A DNA stretch of 64,000 nt from a virus: IMG/VR virus record IMGVR_UViG_3300046007_007030, one strand, 5' to 3'. The position numbers and the translations under genes were made by a program. Shown one piece after another: positions 54,401-64,000 of this stretch. Below the pieces are notes generated by a model. That model was not told where the DNA came from, did no database searches, and saw only the letters and a list, made by a program, of their open reading frames with translations. Numbering within the stretch: the stretch's first letter is position 1; the number at the start of each line of letters is the position of its first letter.

Positions 54401-56370
54401 GACGGGATGAGAGTGTTACCGGTTATCTTTAAGCCGGCAGTATCGAGCATCACATTAGCGCCGACGTCTACTCTCGAAGTGCTTATCGACACTAGACCTA
54501 TGTTAGCCGAAGTAGCGAACACTCCATGAGGAGCATACACGTTGCCGGTGATGTTAGTATTTCCAGTGATGGCTACATTACCGGCGAAGTTGGCTTGACC
54601 CCTGACCGCATTAGAGATGTAGAGGTTGGCTACCGCGATATTCGCCGTAGCATTGGCGGATATGACAGTGATGATAGAGCTGTTCATCACCGTGTTGATT
54701 GAAGCGTTGCCAATCAGCAGCGTCGAAGAGTTGGCTACTACATTAGCGCCGACGCTCATGTGAGTCGCATTGACTGTAGAGATTCCGGCAGTGAATACGC
54801 CTGGAGACACGTTAGAACTAGAAGTAGAGTTCTGTACTCTGACTAGTGCGGTGTCCGTGACAGAATCATTTCCGATGGTCAGATTAGAAGAACGCAGAGT
54901 CGCGGTAGCGACCGTCGAGTTGCCGTTGATAGCGATCGTCGCGGCGTTGATATTAGAGTTTCCGACTGAGAACGTAGTGGTGTTGACGAGGGTAGCGCCC
55001 ACCACCACGTTTCCACTGAATATGCCTCGAGGAGCGTTGACGTTAGCGCTGGCATTGATATTTCCAGTGACGTTTAGGTTAGCGCCTACGTTAGTCTGAC
55101 CTGCTAAGTTAGCAGTGCCGTTGACGGTCAGCTTGGAACTTCTAGAAGTGGTAGGAGGACCTATGGTGAAGTTGCCAGTTCCGCTGAACCTAGCGATCTC
55201 GTCCTTAGCCATCATTCCACCGACGTGGAAGATGATCGGGTTGTTGGCCTCGGTCAGGTCGTAGTACTCGTCTCTGAGAGTGATAGTGCCAGAACCGGCG
55301 CCAGTCGTATTCTTAGAGATCCTGAACGCCGTGGAGTTGATCATAGAGGTGACGTACGTGCCGGTGTCGATGCCGGTGCCAGTGACGTCCATGTCGATAG
55401 TCACGCTGTTAGTGGTCAGAATGTCATTCGTGGGATTACCAGAGTTGACAGTGATAGTATTGACGCCAGCGCCGAACGAGGTCTGCACCGTCACCGTAGT
55501 CGACCTGATGCCGCCTGGAGTGGTACCGATGGTCAGCGCCGAGTTGGCGTTATAGAGGTAGCCGTCGCCGCGCTTACCTACGGTGAACGCATAGTTTCTA
55601 CGAGAGAGCGTGTTCGCTTCTGGAGAGAAGAAGGCCACGGAGTGAAGGACGTCGGCATTAGCTGCAGAAGACACCGCTCGAACGGCCAAGTTCGAACCGG
55701 TCGTATTAGAGAAGTTCGCCATGCCTACGTACGTCGGCAGGCCGTCGTCTTCACTTACGCGGATCTTTAGAGAGATCGCGGTAGAATTGATAACAGTGAT
55801 GTCGCGGATCTGACCGACGGCTATGTTTGCGCCGGCGCCGTTCTTCTGGAAGACCGTCTCGCCGAGCTGCCAGCTAGCGGCAGCCGCGTTGACGATGATC
55901 CTGTGAATTCGACCGTCGAACCTAGAGTTGTTGATTCCAACGTCGTTGAAGTTGCTGAGGCCGTTGGTGTTGTCAGCGTAGATGATGAGGTCGGCACAGG
56001 CGTCGTCCAGCTGGGACAGGTTCTGAGAGCTGACCATGACGAAGCCGTTGAAGTTTTCCACGGCCTGGATGATCGTCGGCAGATTCTGGACCATCGTTTC
56101 AGTGTTACCGACGAAGAGCTTCCTGTCGACGAAGACGTTAGCCTTGAAAGAAGCATTAGCCACGACGTTGAGCGTGGTCTCGGTACTGTTTACGCCGATC
56201 TGTATGGTGTTGCCTAGGAAGGCGGCGTTGCCGGCGATATTGGCCGTCCCATTGACGGTGAAGACCGCGCTTGGAGTGGTGGTGTTTATGCCCACGTTCG
56301 AGCCGTTGACCACCAGCACGTTGGTGTTCACGACTAGTCCATTCTTTACGACGAAGTCTTTGTCCGCCAT
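51445..56370 (-). CDS. Long tail fibre protein (1641 aa)
   Basis: MADKDFVVKNGLVV start; beta-rich N/T/S/V repeats; C-terminal TSPSGGSAGDIWLQY; TATAAATA at 56401-56408. Confidence 0.82.
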   Translation of the reverse strand: MADKDFVVKNGLVVNTNVLVVNGSNVGINTTTPSAVFTVNGTANIAGNAAFLGNTIQIGVNSTETTLNVVANASFKANVFVDRKLFVGNTETMVQNLPTIIQAVENFNGFVMVSSQNLSQLDDACADLIIYADNTNGLSNFNDVGINNSRFDGRIHRIIVNAAAASWQLGETVFQKNGAGANIAVGQIRDITVINSTAISLKIRVSEDDGLPTYVGMANFSNTTGSNLAVRAVSSAANADVLHSVAFFSPEANTLSRRNYAFTVGKRGDGYLYNANSALTIGTTPGGIRSTTVTVQTSFGAGVNTITVNSGNPTNDILTTNSVTIDMDVTGTGIDTGTYVTSMINSTAFRISKNTTGAGSGTITLRDEYYDLTEANNPIIFHVGGMMAKDEIARFSGTGNFTIGPPTTSRSSKLTVNGTANLAGQTNVGANLNVTGNINASANVNAPRGIFSGNVVVGATLVNTTTFSVGNSNINAATIAINGNSTVATATLRSSNLTIGNDSVTDTALVRVQNSTSSSNVSPGVFTAGISTVNATHMSVGANVVANSSTLLIGNASINTVMNSSIITVISANATANIAVANLYISNAVRGQANFAGNVAITGNTNITGNVYAPHGVFATSANIGLVSISTSRVDVGANVMLDTAGLKITGNTLIPSMNVSGGNITVGNSTVANTPTIQLTNSVSSANFSPSGINAGNVVINTVGATINIGSNVWINSTILSMGNTTANVVIEPAAAQYVLRVRGNARVNGNILVDGDVIVDGTLTSVSDSVAGGDFTPSVTESFSLGNSSFLWGSAHVVDVNVPINGRYAVGNSSVNSVMFSHSVRVSNSSGRFANVNLDGISIGNSTANGQLTIDALRISNSTFNVAIGTASITIGNSSVNSTVNSSAFVGNVFAVSVNSTSLNSTSINSTSVNATSVNASSMTATTSNVTTANATTVNSTSVNATTVNTTNFFSTTNVVVGSAGGNVYANSSAFVGNVVAGRVNSTSINSTSINSTSINSSSLTVTTANATTVNATTVNAATFQVGTAFKANSTDVVTANLTINGNLVVTGTTTSLNTATLDVTDLNITVAKSVPTSAAADGAGLTVDTTGVSWVYKFASNGWLSNANVSIGNASVNISVNSTAFVGNVVASTINVSSNVAVGANVLVNTSLILLSNTISRVQVRSTDVVVGNNSVTSAPQVVVQNTAGATTINSNFISTTSISGNLTGNVTATFVSATANVTVGASVLINTSAFSIGSAFLANSTLVNAVSYRIGATQFANTTGIYATHLGGTASGSYQLNSTLAANVATMTALNSTQLAGVSATNYVNTSANYTLAGNLVFNGNSTLNGTNNSITATFRVVNASANVLLAAANGNFGVGNNIPAHKLRVEGAASIAGAVTDVTSLSATSVSANLTGNVAATTVSASANVTVGANVTLNSSVLFIGNSTVNSTVNSTFFTGTANNTSFVGSTAAAAVVNTSTLTTTLADYQTRAGLSANVATLTSNNSTYFNGQLSSFYQTSGGLSANVATLTSNNATYFSGQLPSYYANVTAPIFTTTVNVGSNVSISTSRLFIGNTTANMALDFNTLLTSNSTMAVDVNPSRILVGNSTSNALINSTAIRVSGVVWGNNATGNRYVATTSPSGGSAGDIWLQYIA

Positions 56371-56472
56371 GGTTCCCTGTCCCCTATGGTTCTTTTCTTA
56401 TATTTATAGCTCCCGGAGAAGCTCTCCAGGACATCTTATATGCTATTTAGCTAAATCGTATTTCTGACTAAG

Positions 56473-57309
56473 TTAGAACGTAAAGCTGTAGTATCCAGAA
56501 TGCAGATGATTGTCGTTGCTGACGTCATTCGAATCTATAGTTTGATTCGATGAAGTGTTGCCAGAACTGAATGCGTTGCCTCCAGCTGTAAAGTTAAGAG
56601 CGCCGTATGCCGTGATCCAAGGACCAGGAGAAGTGCCTGCAGGTTCTGTCAATCTTGCTGATAAAGTCGGCGTGATATTATTCGCCGAAGCAGCACACGC
56701 AAATCCCCACGCAATCAAAGGCGCGGTGACTGCAGAGATAGTGATTGTCTGTTGCGTAGGATCAGCATTAGTAGCTTGACTAGTCTGTCTTACAGCTGTG
56801 ATCGATGCTATGGGCTTACTGGTTCTAAATACCGCTATGTTCCAGCCGACGCCAGCGCTACCATTTTGAACGGCATACGTTGCACCTGGATCAGTAGTAC
56901 TTAAAATTTTATAATGTATTCTAGATCTCATAAAACTTCCAGTAGTTCCACCTGCTGGAGTAACTTCAGTCCAGGACGCATCTATTGTCGTTGCGCTTGG
57001 GAGCGAAAGAGCGTTTATTCCCGCATGGTGCCATATTGCAAAATCTCCGGCAGCTGCAGTGGCAGGCACCGTCATTGGTGAAGTAGTACCGTAATTTGAT
57101 GCTACTAAGCCGAGGGTATTTGCAGTCGAGTAGGTCTTGCTATAATAATCCGACATAGCAATTTGACCAGCATTGATGCGTGCCAGCGTTCTTGAAGCAC
57201 TTTCATCCATGGTTATAGTAGCAGTCGCGGCTCTGCCTATTTCAAGATTAACGCTACGTCCCACAGTGGAGCCACCGAGTGATATTACTCCAGATGCGCT
57301 GATAGTCAT
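56473..57309 (-). CDS. Tail fibre-associated protein
   Basis: MTISASGVISL...GQIAMSDYYSK N-terminal module typical of genes following fibre genes. Confidence 0.65.
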   Translation of the reverse strand: MTISASGVISLGGSTVGRSVNLEIGRAATATITMDESASRTLARINAGQIAMSDYYSKTYSTANTLGLVASNYGTTSPMTVPATAAAGDFAIWHHAGINALSLPSATTIDASWTEVTPAGGTTGSFMRSRIHYKILSTTDPGATYAVQNGSAGVGWNIAVFRTSKPIASITAVRQTSQATNADPTQQTITISAVTAPLIAWGFACAASANNITPTLSARLTEPAGTSPGPWITAYGALNFTAGGNAFSSGNTSSNQTIDSNDVSNDNHLHSGYYSFTF

Positions 57310-58344
57310 TTATATCTCTATGCTTTTTAGTTGTTCTATAGTAGTGCAAGACATGATCTGGTCGTGTTTGTTCTTCTCCCAAGACAGGACACTAGAAATA
57401 TTATTCTCATTAGCCTCTAGTAAGTTCCTTACGTCTTGCTTAGAGAGAGTAAACCACTCATCACTCAGTTTTTCATCGACCATATCGGAGTCCGACATGA
57501 GTAACCATCTCTGTAAGAGATTGATTCTAGTGTTAGAGTCTAGTACGATTCTTACTGTCTGATCATCGTAGACGTAGTCAAAGCCTCTGATTTGTTTTTC
57601 ATGACTGACATTAGCTAAGCGATTATTCAAGCCAACTTTAACTTCATCGACTGTACGATCAGACACTACTCGAGTGCATATCGCCTTACCTGAAGACGTG
57701 TCCCACGTGATACCATTATCATATTGAAAAATTGGATCGAATGTAGGCGCTGCGGAGTACTCTACTCTATAGAGTTTGATACGATCATTAACGACTAAGA
57801 CGTCATCTACGGGTAGTATCTGTTTTTTATACATGTCGGCGTCGACAGGAAATTCATAATTAGTAATGCCGCATAGCTTTAGCTTTTCGTTCGCTGTCAC
57901 AGAATTCCATCTAACTAGACCCCACACTTTTTCTGGGTTGTCTACTTCATCATCTATAACAAGTAAGTACTCTTCGTTACCAGTGTACTTCGTATCTACA
58001 CGCCACGGAATTTTTTTTTCAACTATGGGCGGATTTTTAGCAGTCCTGAGATCTTCATCTAGCCTATTTTTCAATGCATCGATGTCTTCTACTTGATCTA
58101 TCCAACCGAAAACAATCTCATCAGTTAGATCTGAGTAGTCAATAAAATTGTTTGGATCCGTCGTTGAAAAATACGTGTCGACGTACAGAGTGGTAAAGTC
58201 AAAATCTTCTTTTGCAGACCAGCACCACGTGACTCGTGACACGACGTTTGTGAAACCTTCTTTTTCAGATGAAACGTAGAGTGACAAAATTTCTCTTTGA
58301 TAAGTTATCATATCAAATTTCCTTGTTTGTCTTGAGAGCGTCAA
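57310..58344 (-). CDS. Tail fibre assembly-type protein, AT-rich
   Basis: NVVSRVTW...FIDYSDLTDEIVFGWI N-domain; DUF4376-like C-domain; true start probably about 58311. Confidence 0.6.
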   Translation of the reverse strand: MTLSRQTRKFDMITYQREILSLYVSSEKEGFTNVVSRVTWCWSAKEDFDFTTLYVDTYFSTTDPNNFIDYSDLTDEIVFGWIDQVEDIDALKNRLDEDLRTAKNPPIVEKKIPWRVDTKYTGNEEYLLVIDDEVDNPEKVWGLVRWNSVTANEKLKLCGITNYEFPVDADMYKKQILPVDDVLVVNDRIKLYRVEYSAAPTFDPIFQYDNGITWDTSSGKAICTRVVSDRTVDEVKVGLNNRLANVSHEKQIRGFDYVYDDQTVRIVLDSNTRINLLQRWLLMSDSDMVDEKLSDEWFTLSKQDVRNLLEANENNISSVLSWEKNKHDQIMSCTTIEQLKSIEI

Positions 58345-61300
58345 TTTCTGCTTTTAGTTCTTTGATGGCTTCTATCAGTAGAGGCACGATCTTTTCGTAC
58401 TGGACTGTCTTATAGTTCTCGCCACTCTTCGAGTATTCATTGCCGTCTTCGTCCACGTCGATATCGAACGGAGCAGGAACAACCACTTGTGGTAATACCG
58501 CCTCGATTTCTTGAGCTATGACACCGACCTGAACTCTCTTATCGGTGTACCCGTATTTCTCGGCTTCTTCATTAGACTGGAAAGTGACGCCTGAGATCTT
58601 ATTTATTTTCTCTAAAGCATCTTCTATAACTCTTATATCTTTCTTGAGCCTCTTATCAGAGAAATAAGCGGTGATGTTGTTCGTAGCACGAATTTCACCG
58701 GTAGTACCTGAAGCGGCCGTGCCGATACCTAGAGAAGTTATCTGAGAGCTACCTACGACGTTAGCGAACCCGGTGATCGTGGTGTTGCCCATCGCAGCTG
58801 TAGTAACGCCTGATAGAGCTCCAGCAATTGCTAAACTAGAACCACCTTGGATTGTAGATGTGACGTTAGCGAAGCCGGTCACAGTGACGTTACCGGTCGC
58901 CAGAGTCGTGATGTCTGAGACGGCTCCTGCCAGAGAAGTCGTACCAGTTACCCTGAGTTTATGAGCAGGCGCAGTATTGCCGATACCGACGTTTCCGCTG
59001 ACATCTATCCTTACTTTTTCACCACCTGCTACTGTTCTAAACACGTGAGTGTTTGCATCTAAGTAGCCTGCTGTGCCTGCAGCACCGAATGGAGCGATAA
59101 CATAATATGCTCCAGACTCCGTGACAGTCATATTCAGACCAGACGCAGAACCAGACTGCAACTGCATGACTACTTGAGATCCAGTCCCAGTATTTGAGTT
59201 TCTTACAGTGTATGCAGTGGACGAGTTCGCGGACCTCTCAACTACGAATGGTGCGGTCGGTGTGTTGTTGCCTATGCCGACGTTACCATTGGCGGCTACG
59301 AAGAATACATTGGCAGTAGAGTTAATAACTCTGAATTCAGCGTTTACAGTAGTATTTGAACCAGAGAATATAGTGTTGCCGCTGAGAGTCAAGTTAGGAG
59401 TCAGTGTAGACGCCCAAGTAGGAGTGCCGGCTCCGGCTGAAGTCAGTAAATGACCTGACGTACCGACCGCTGTCAGAGCGAGAGAGGTCGTATTCGAGAA
59501 GGCGATCGCTCCAGCCGAAGCAGTCAGAGAAGCGTTCGTGCCGCCGTCTGCCAGTGCTACGTCCGTAGATCCAGACCTATAGTAACTAGAGGCCGCGACA
59601 CCTTCGAGGTGCGTGGCATTGACGACGGTAGAGTTGGCGACTATCCTAGTGCCAACATTGTATGAGACTGCGTTGACGACGGTCGAGTTGGCAGTGAATG
59701 CGGTTCCTACAGTGTATGATAATGCGTTAACTGTTCCAGTGGTATACACACCGCTAGCATTTGCCTGAACTGCAGAAGCAATGTTAGCGCTCGTCGTAAC
59801 ATATAGAGTGGCAGTATTAACCTGCCCGGAAACGTTTGCATAAGTCAGCGATGCGCCATTGGCTGTGCCTGAACCTAATATCGATGGGGCTGCCAATGTG
59901 AAACCGGCAAGGTGAGTTGCGTTTATAACAGTCGTATTCGCAACAAGTAATGTTCCAGAATAATATGAAACAGCATTAACAACTGTTGCATTGGCAGTAA
60001 ATGCCGTACCGACTGAGTGTGTGGCAGCGTTAACAATACCAGTATACACGCCGGTAGTATTTGCAATAGTAGAAGTACCGACAGTAAGAGATGCTGCATT
60101 GACACTTGAAGTTGCATTGACAAAACCTGTTACTGTCGTATTGCCAGCCGCCAGCGTCGTGATGTTGGAGACGGCTCCCGCGAGCGAAGTCGTACCATCT
60201 ACTCTGAGCTTGAAAGCAGGTGCAGTGTTACCGATGCCTACATTGCCGGAGAAGTAGTTGTACTGTTCACCGGTTAAATACACGCCGTACTTAGTAGTAG
60301 TCGTTGCACCGAAATGAGCGCCGTAGTACAGATAGCCTGTACCGATAGTCATCGCAGTATTTGATACGATCTGAGTATACGCGGCAAAAGCAGTAGTGAT
60401 ATTTCCGGTGATCGAGTTATTTACGCCTTGAATATCACCCACTATACCGTAAGCTGTAGATATAATACCAGAACCGTAATTTTGAACTACGCCGTATACG
60501 CCACGAGCGACAGATATAGAGTTTGAGCTGGCGCCGTTAGAGTGTTGGTGTACTACGCCTCTAACACCTTCCATTAAGTTAGCTCTAGCGTCTACTCCGC
60601 CGAGTCCGTTGTAGACGGTGCTGTTGTAGCCCAAGTAGTTACTGTTATACGAAGTTAGACCATCGCCGCTCTTATTCTGAGAATTGTTGTACAACAAAGA
60701 ACCAGCGCCATATTTGGTCTGCGCAGCAGTGAGAGCGGCATTAGCATCTGAAGTAGAAGATACGATACCCCAAGTGGTCGCGGTAGCTGAGTGCGCCTTG
60801 ACGACGAACAGTCCTACAGTACTATCCGGCGCATTACCTATACCAACGTTTCCGCTGAACTGACCGTTGCCGGAAACGTTAGAGAATCCAGTGATCGTGG
60901 TGTTACCGGCTGCCAGCGTAGAAGTAGCGTTGATGAAGCCAGTGATCGTGGTGTTACCGGCTGCCAGCGTAGAAGTAGCGTTGATGAAGCCAGTGATCGT
61001 GGTGTTGCCAGTCGCCAGAGTCGTGATGTCAGAGACAGCGCCAGCGAGAGAAGAAGTGCCAGTTACCCTGAGCTTATGAGCCGGTGAAGTGTTGCCGATG
61101 CCGACGTTTCCTGTCGGCGAAATTCTCATGTACTCTGTTGCATCGTCACTCGATTTCCAAGCAAACTGCGCAGAGACTGGCGTCGTCTGAGCCGACCTGT
61201 ATAACATACCCCAGTTAGCATCGGCGTAGATAGAACCGGCCTGATAAGTTCCGCCACCATTCGTAATTGTGATCGATCTCGTAGCGACTAGCGAGCCAGT

Positions 61301-64000
61301 AATAGTGGTGTTACCAGCCGCCAGCGTAGAAGTAGCGTTGACGAACCCGGTGATGGTAGTGTTACCAGCGGCTAGTGTCGTGATGTCTGAGACTGCACCA
61401 GCTAGAGAAGTAGTACCAGTTACACGTAATTTGTGCGCCGGTGAAGTATTACCAATACCGACATTTCCACTAGGATCAATAACGACCGCAGTAACATTTG
61501 CACCACCCGCTGTAGTTACTTTACTAACTACTAATCCACCGACATCAGTACCTCCCCCTCGTGCAGCACCGATCTGCCAATAATCTGAATACCAGCCAAA
61601 TCTTAGGCCTGAAGCTACTCTTTCTGGTGTGTTATTAGTTGCAGCATTATAAGTTGTAGTATTATTGAAGAATGTTTGTATACTTCTTGTATCACCACCA
61701 TCAGCAGGCTGTATATGAAGTTTTTGTGAGGGAGATGCTGTACCTATGCCGACATTACCATTCGATACGAAGTAAGTTCCGGTACCGACCGTGAAAGTAT
61801 TGGTAATAGATGCGTTTGCGTACAGGGCCGAGTTGACGTTGAGGTTGCCCTCTGTCTTGTTGTTCAAGAGCGTGGCGTTAGCAGCAGTGCCCGAGAGGTT
61901 GCCGGACACTGTAGTCGCTACTACGTTGCCGACGAACGCGGTGCTGTTGACGTATACGTTAGCAGTGGAGTTACCGATCAGCAGGACACTGGTGTTGACT
62001 AGGACGTTCGCGCCTACCACGATGTTGGCTGTCGCATTGATGGTAGTAGCATTGACCGTCGTCGCTACCACGTTACCAGTCAAGTTGCCGGTTATGGTGA
62101 CCGCGGCCACGTTGCCAGTCAGGTTGCCAGAGATGGTAGTCGCGGCTACGTTGCCAGTGAGGTTGCCGGAGACTGCCGTGGCCACCACGTTGCCGATGAA
62201 CGCCGTGGAGTTCACCGAGACATTAGAGCCCGTGTTGCCTACCGTGAAGTTTATGTTCGACAGCCAGGTATTGCTAGCGTTGATGTAGGTGAGGGTCGCT
62301 GCCGCTCCATCTACAGTAATGCCAGCACCGTTCGCCGCTGCCGCTGAGGCAGTTCCCTTGGCCAACGTGATATTCAAGTCTTTGACGTCGAGAGTAGCGG
62401 TGTTCAGAGTTACCGTCGTGCCGTTGACGATCAGGTTACCAGTGACCAAGAGGTCTGCCGCGGTGACTTGAGTACCGTTAGCGCTGAAGCCGGCGCCAGT
62501 CTGTAGAGTCGCAGCATTGACAGTAGCAGCGTTGACCAGGCCAGAAGTGTAGATGCCAGAGGCGTTACCGAAGTTACCTGCTGCGCCTAAGTAAGTCGCA
62601 GAGTTGGCGCTGATCGTGTTGATGTAGGCGGCGTTGACGTGAACGCCAGAGGTGTTGACCACGACGCCGGTGCCCTGTGTTACTGACAGGGTTCCAGTGG
62701 TAGTGATCGTGCCGCCCGTGATACCATTGCCAGACGTGATTGAAGTAATTCCACCGTCGTCTGCCGCCCAGTAGACGCCAGTATTGCTCGAGTGCAAGAC
62801 GTGACCGGCCGTGCCAGTAGAGCCGTTGGCTACTAGGGCAGTATTATTGGCGATGGTGACTGCCGTGGCGTTGATGGTGAATTTGCGATCAGAAGCAGTC
62901 GTTCCATTGGCGTGGAAGATGACTTCCTTAGCCGATCTAGTACCGATGGTTAGGTGGCCATTCGAAGAATAGAGATACGCGTCGCCGGCCCCAGCGATAG
63001 AGTAACCGGCTTGATTGTACTGAGACCCGTTGATGCCGAGGTCTACGTAGTCGACTGAGTCATTACCAGTGTCGTTAGTGACTACTAAGTCGGCAGATGC
63101 GTTGTTGCCGGTATTGGAGTTCTGGATGACGGTCTGGACGTATGTGTTGCCATTGGCGTCGATCTCGATGACGGCGTTAGAGCCGAAGTCGAATGATCCT
63201 GGAATACCGATCTGGAGCTTGTTAGTGACGTTGGCGGTGATGGCCGTCAAGTTACCGGATAGCGTGGTAGCCGATACGTTACCAGTGAGGTTGCCTGATA
63301 TGGTGGTAGCTACAACGTTGCCAGTCAAGTTACCTGTGACAGTAGTAGCGACTACATTACCCACGAAAGCGGTGGTGTTGATGATCGTCCTGACGGTTGA
63401 GTTGCCGACCTGGATCGCAGTGGTGTTGATCAACATCGCTGATCCTACCACGATGTTAGCCGTAGCATTGATCGTAGTCGCGGTTACTAGAGTGGCCGAC
63501 ACGTTGCCGGTCAGGTTACCGGTGATAGTAGTAGCAGCGACGTTGCCAGTGAGATTGCCAGAGATGGTGACGGCTGCTACGTTACCAGTGAGGTTACCAG
63601 AGATGGTTGTAGCTACAACGTTGCCAGTCAAGTTACCAGTGATGGCAGTGGCAGCGACATTGCCCGTCACGTTACCAGTGAGATTGCCAGAGATAGTGGT
63701 CGCGGCTACGTTGCCCGTGAGATTACCATAGAAGTTAGTAGCGTACACTCCTCCTGAGTTGACAGTAGTGGTGCTGACGACTAGCCTCGTCGTGAAGAAG
63801 TTGTTCGCGCCAGTGAAGTTCAGGTTGCCAGAGAGTATCCTCGAATCGGTGTTCTGGACGTAGTTAGCGGCCGGGACTCCACCTAGGCTAGAAGCTCCTA
63901 GAGTATCGATGTGCGCGGCATTGACGAACACACCGGAAGAGTTCGAAACAATGCCCGTGTTGGCATTTATGAAGGAAGCGTAGTTCGCGGTCAGGGCATT
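58313..64000 (-). CDS. Giant tail fibre with C-terminal peptidase S74 intramolecular chaperone (5' end outside the window)
   Basis: SDKRLKKDI...VGVIAQE..YEKIVPLLIEAIKEL; GNVGIGNT.P..KL.V.G repeats; frame is open up to position 64000. Confidence 0.88.
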   Translation of the reverse strand, partial: NALTANYASFINANTGIVSNSSGVFVNAAHIDTLGASSLGGVPAANYVQNTDSRILSGNLNFTGANNFFTTRLVVSTTTVNSGGVYATNFYGNLTGNVAATTISGNLTGNVTGNVAATAITGNLTGNVVATTISGNLTGNVAAVTISGNLTGNVAATTITGNLTGNVSATLVTATTINATANIVVGSAMLINTTAIQVGNSTVRTIINTTAFVGNVVATTVTGNLTGNVVATTISGNLTGNVSATTLSGNLTAITANVTNKLQIGIPGSFDFGSNAVIEIDANGNTYVQTVIQNSNTGNNASADLVVTNDTGNDSVDYVDLGINGSQYNQAGYSIAGAGDAYLYSSNGHLTIGTRSAKEVIFHANGTTASDRKFTINATAVTIANNTALVANGSTGTAGHVLHSSNTGVYWAADDGGITSITSGNGITGGTITTTGTLSVTQGTGVVVNTSGVHVNAAYINTISANSATYLGAAGNFGNASGIYTSGLVNAATVNAATLQTGAGFSANGTQVTAADLLVTGNLIVNGTTVTLNTATLDVKDLNITLAKGTASAAAANGAGITVDGAAATLTYINASNTWLSNINFTVGNTGSNVSVNSTAFIGNVVATAVSGNLTGNVAATTISGNLTGNVAAVTITGNLTGNVVATTVNATTINATANIVVGANVLVNTSVLLIGNSTANVYVNSTAFVGNVVATTVSGNLSGTAANATLLNNKTEGNLNVNSALYANASITNTFTVGTGTYFVSNGNVGIGTASPSQKLHIQPADGGDTRSIQTFFNNTTTYNAATNNTPERVASGLRFGWYSDYWQIGAARGGGTDVGGLVVSKVTTAGGANVTAVVIDPSGNVGIGNTSPAHKLRVTGTTSLAGAVSDITTLAAGNTTITGFVNATSTLAAGNTTITGSLVATRSITITNGGGTYQAGSIYADANWGMLYRSAQTTPVSAQFAWKSSDDATEYMRISPTGNVGIGNTSPAHKLRVTGTSSLAGAVSDITTLATGNTTITGFINATSTLAAGNTTITGFINATSTLAAGNTTITGFSNVSGNGQFSGNVGIGNAPDSTVGLFVVKAHSATATTWGIVSSTSDANAALTAAQTKYGAGSLLYNNSQNKSGDGLTSYNSNYLGYNSTVYNGLGGVDARANLMEGVRGVVHQHSNGASSNSISVARGVYGVVQNYGSGIISTAYGIVGDIQGVNNSITGNITTAFAAYTQIVSNTAMTIGTGYLYYGAHFGATTTTKYGVYLTGEQYNYFSGNVGIGNTAPAFKLRVDGTTSLAGAVSNITTLAAGNTTVTGFVNATSSVNAASLTVGTSTIANTTGVYTGIVNAATHSVGTAFTANATVVNAVSYYSGTLLVANTTVINATHLAGFTLAAPSILGSGTANGASLTYANVSGQVNTATLYVTTSANIASAVQANASGVYTTGTVNALSYTVGTAFTANSTVVNAVSYNVGTRIVANSTVVNATHLEGVAASSYYRSGSTDVALADGGTNASLTASAGAIAFSNTTSLALTAVGTSGHLLTSAGAGTPTWASTLTPNLTLSGNTIFSGSNTTVNAEFRVINSTANVFFVAANGNVGIGNNTPTAPFVVERSANSSTAYTVRNSNTGTGSQVVMQLQSGSASGLNMTVTESGAYYVIAPFGAAGTAGYLDANTHVFRTVAGGEKVRIDVSGNVGIGNTAPAHKLRVTGTTSLAGAVSDITTLATGNVTVTGFANVTSTIQGGSSLAIAGALSGVTTAAMGNTTITGFANVVGSSQITSLGIGTAASGTTGEIRATNNITAYFSDKRLKKDIRVIEDALEKINKISGVTFQSNEEAEKYGYTDKRVQVGVIAQEIEAVLPQVVVPAPFDIDVDEDGNEYSKSGENYKTVQYEKIVPLLIEAIKELKAEIDALKTNKEI
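60888..61006. repeat. 51-bp exact tandem repeat (2.3 copies) inside the fibre gene
   Basis: 60888-60938 equals 60939-60989; encodes FINATSTLAAGNTTITG. Confidence 0.92.
63240..63726 (-). repeat. Degenerate 39-bp coding repeats (GNLTGNV(A/V)ATT(I/V)(S/T))
   Basis: Repeated peptide visible in the translation; also at about 62060-62190. Confidence 0.85.

Noticed and set aside
60888-63726. Regular repeats considered as a CRISPR array or DGR template
   Set aside because: In-frame coding repeats without unique spacers; no adenine-specific mismatch pattern and no RT gene in the window.

Overview
Segment of a large T4-like myovirus genome, with almost all genes on the - strand. The host is probably an alphaproteobacterium (inferred from tRNA-His identity elements and promoter style). 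From left to right: (1) 1-3810, an array of 20 CCA-encoding tRNA genes interleaved with tRNA-like and other structured RNAs, an HNH endonuclease inserted into tRNA-Ser, an RlpA-like gene and a lone tail-collar gene; (2) 4054-4262, an unannotated 29-codon leader ORF using 18 different amino acids and overlapping a terminator/antiterminator pair, a candidate translation-sensing attenuator upstream of the tRNA array; (3) regA-gp62-gp44-gp45; (4) about 8.5-20.5 kb, a nucleotide-sugar and DNA base-modification cluster around a T4 gp42-like dCMP hydroxymethylase (two aGPT-Pplase-like proteins, a PLP enzyme, an atypical C5-MTase, UDP-Glc dehydrogenase, epimerase, glycosyltransferase, MazG-like proteins); (5) denV-like, def, gp46/47, gp55, uvsW/Y; (6) head, neck and tail genes gp3, 23, 22, 21, 20, 19, 18, 17, 16, 15, 14, 13 with several candidate internal head proteins; (7) lysis genes; (8) very large tail fibres rich in N-X-S/T, the last one truncated by the window end. 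All assignments come from motif recognition and synteny by eye; no searches or folding programs were run.
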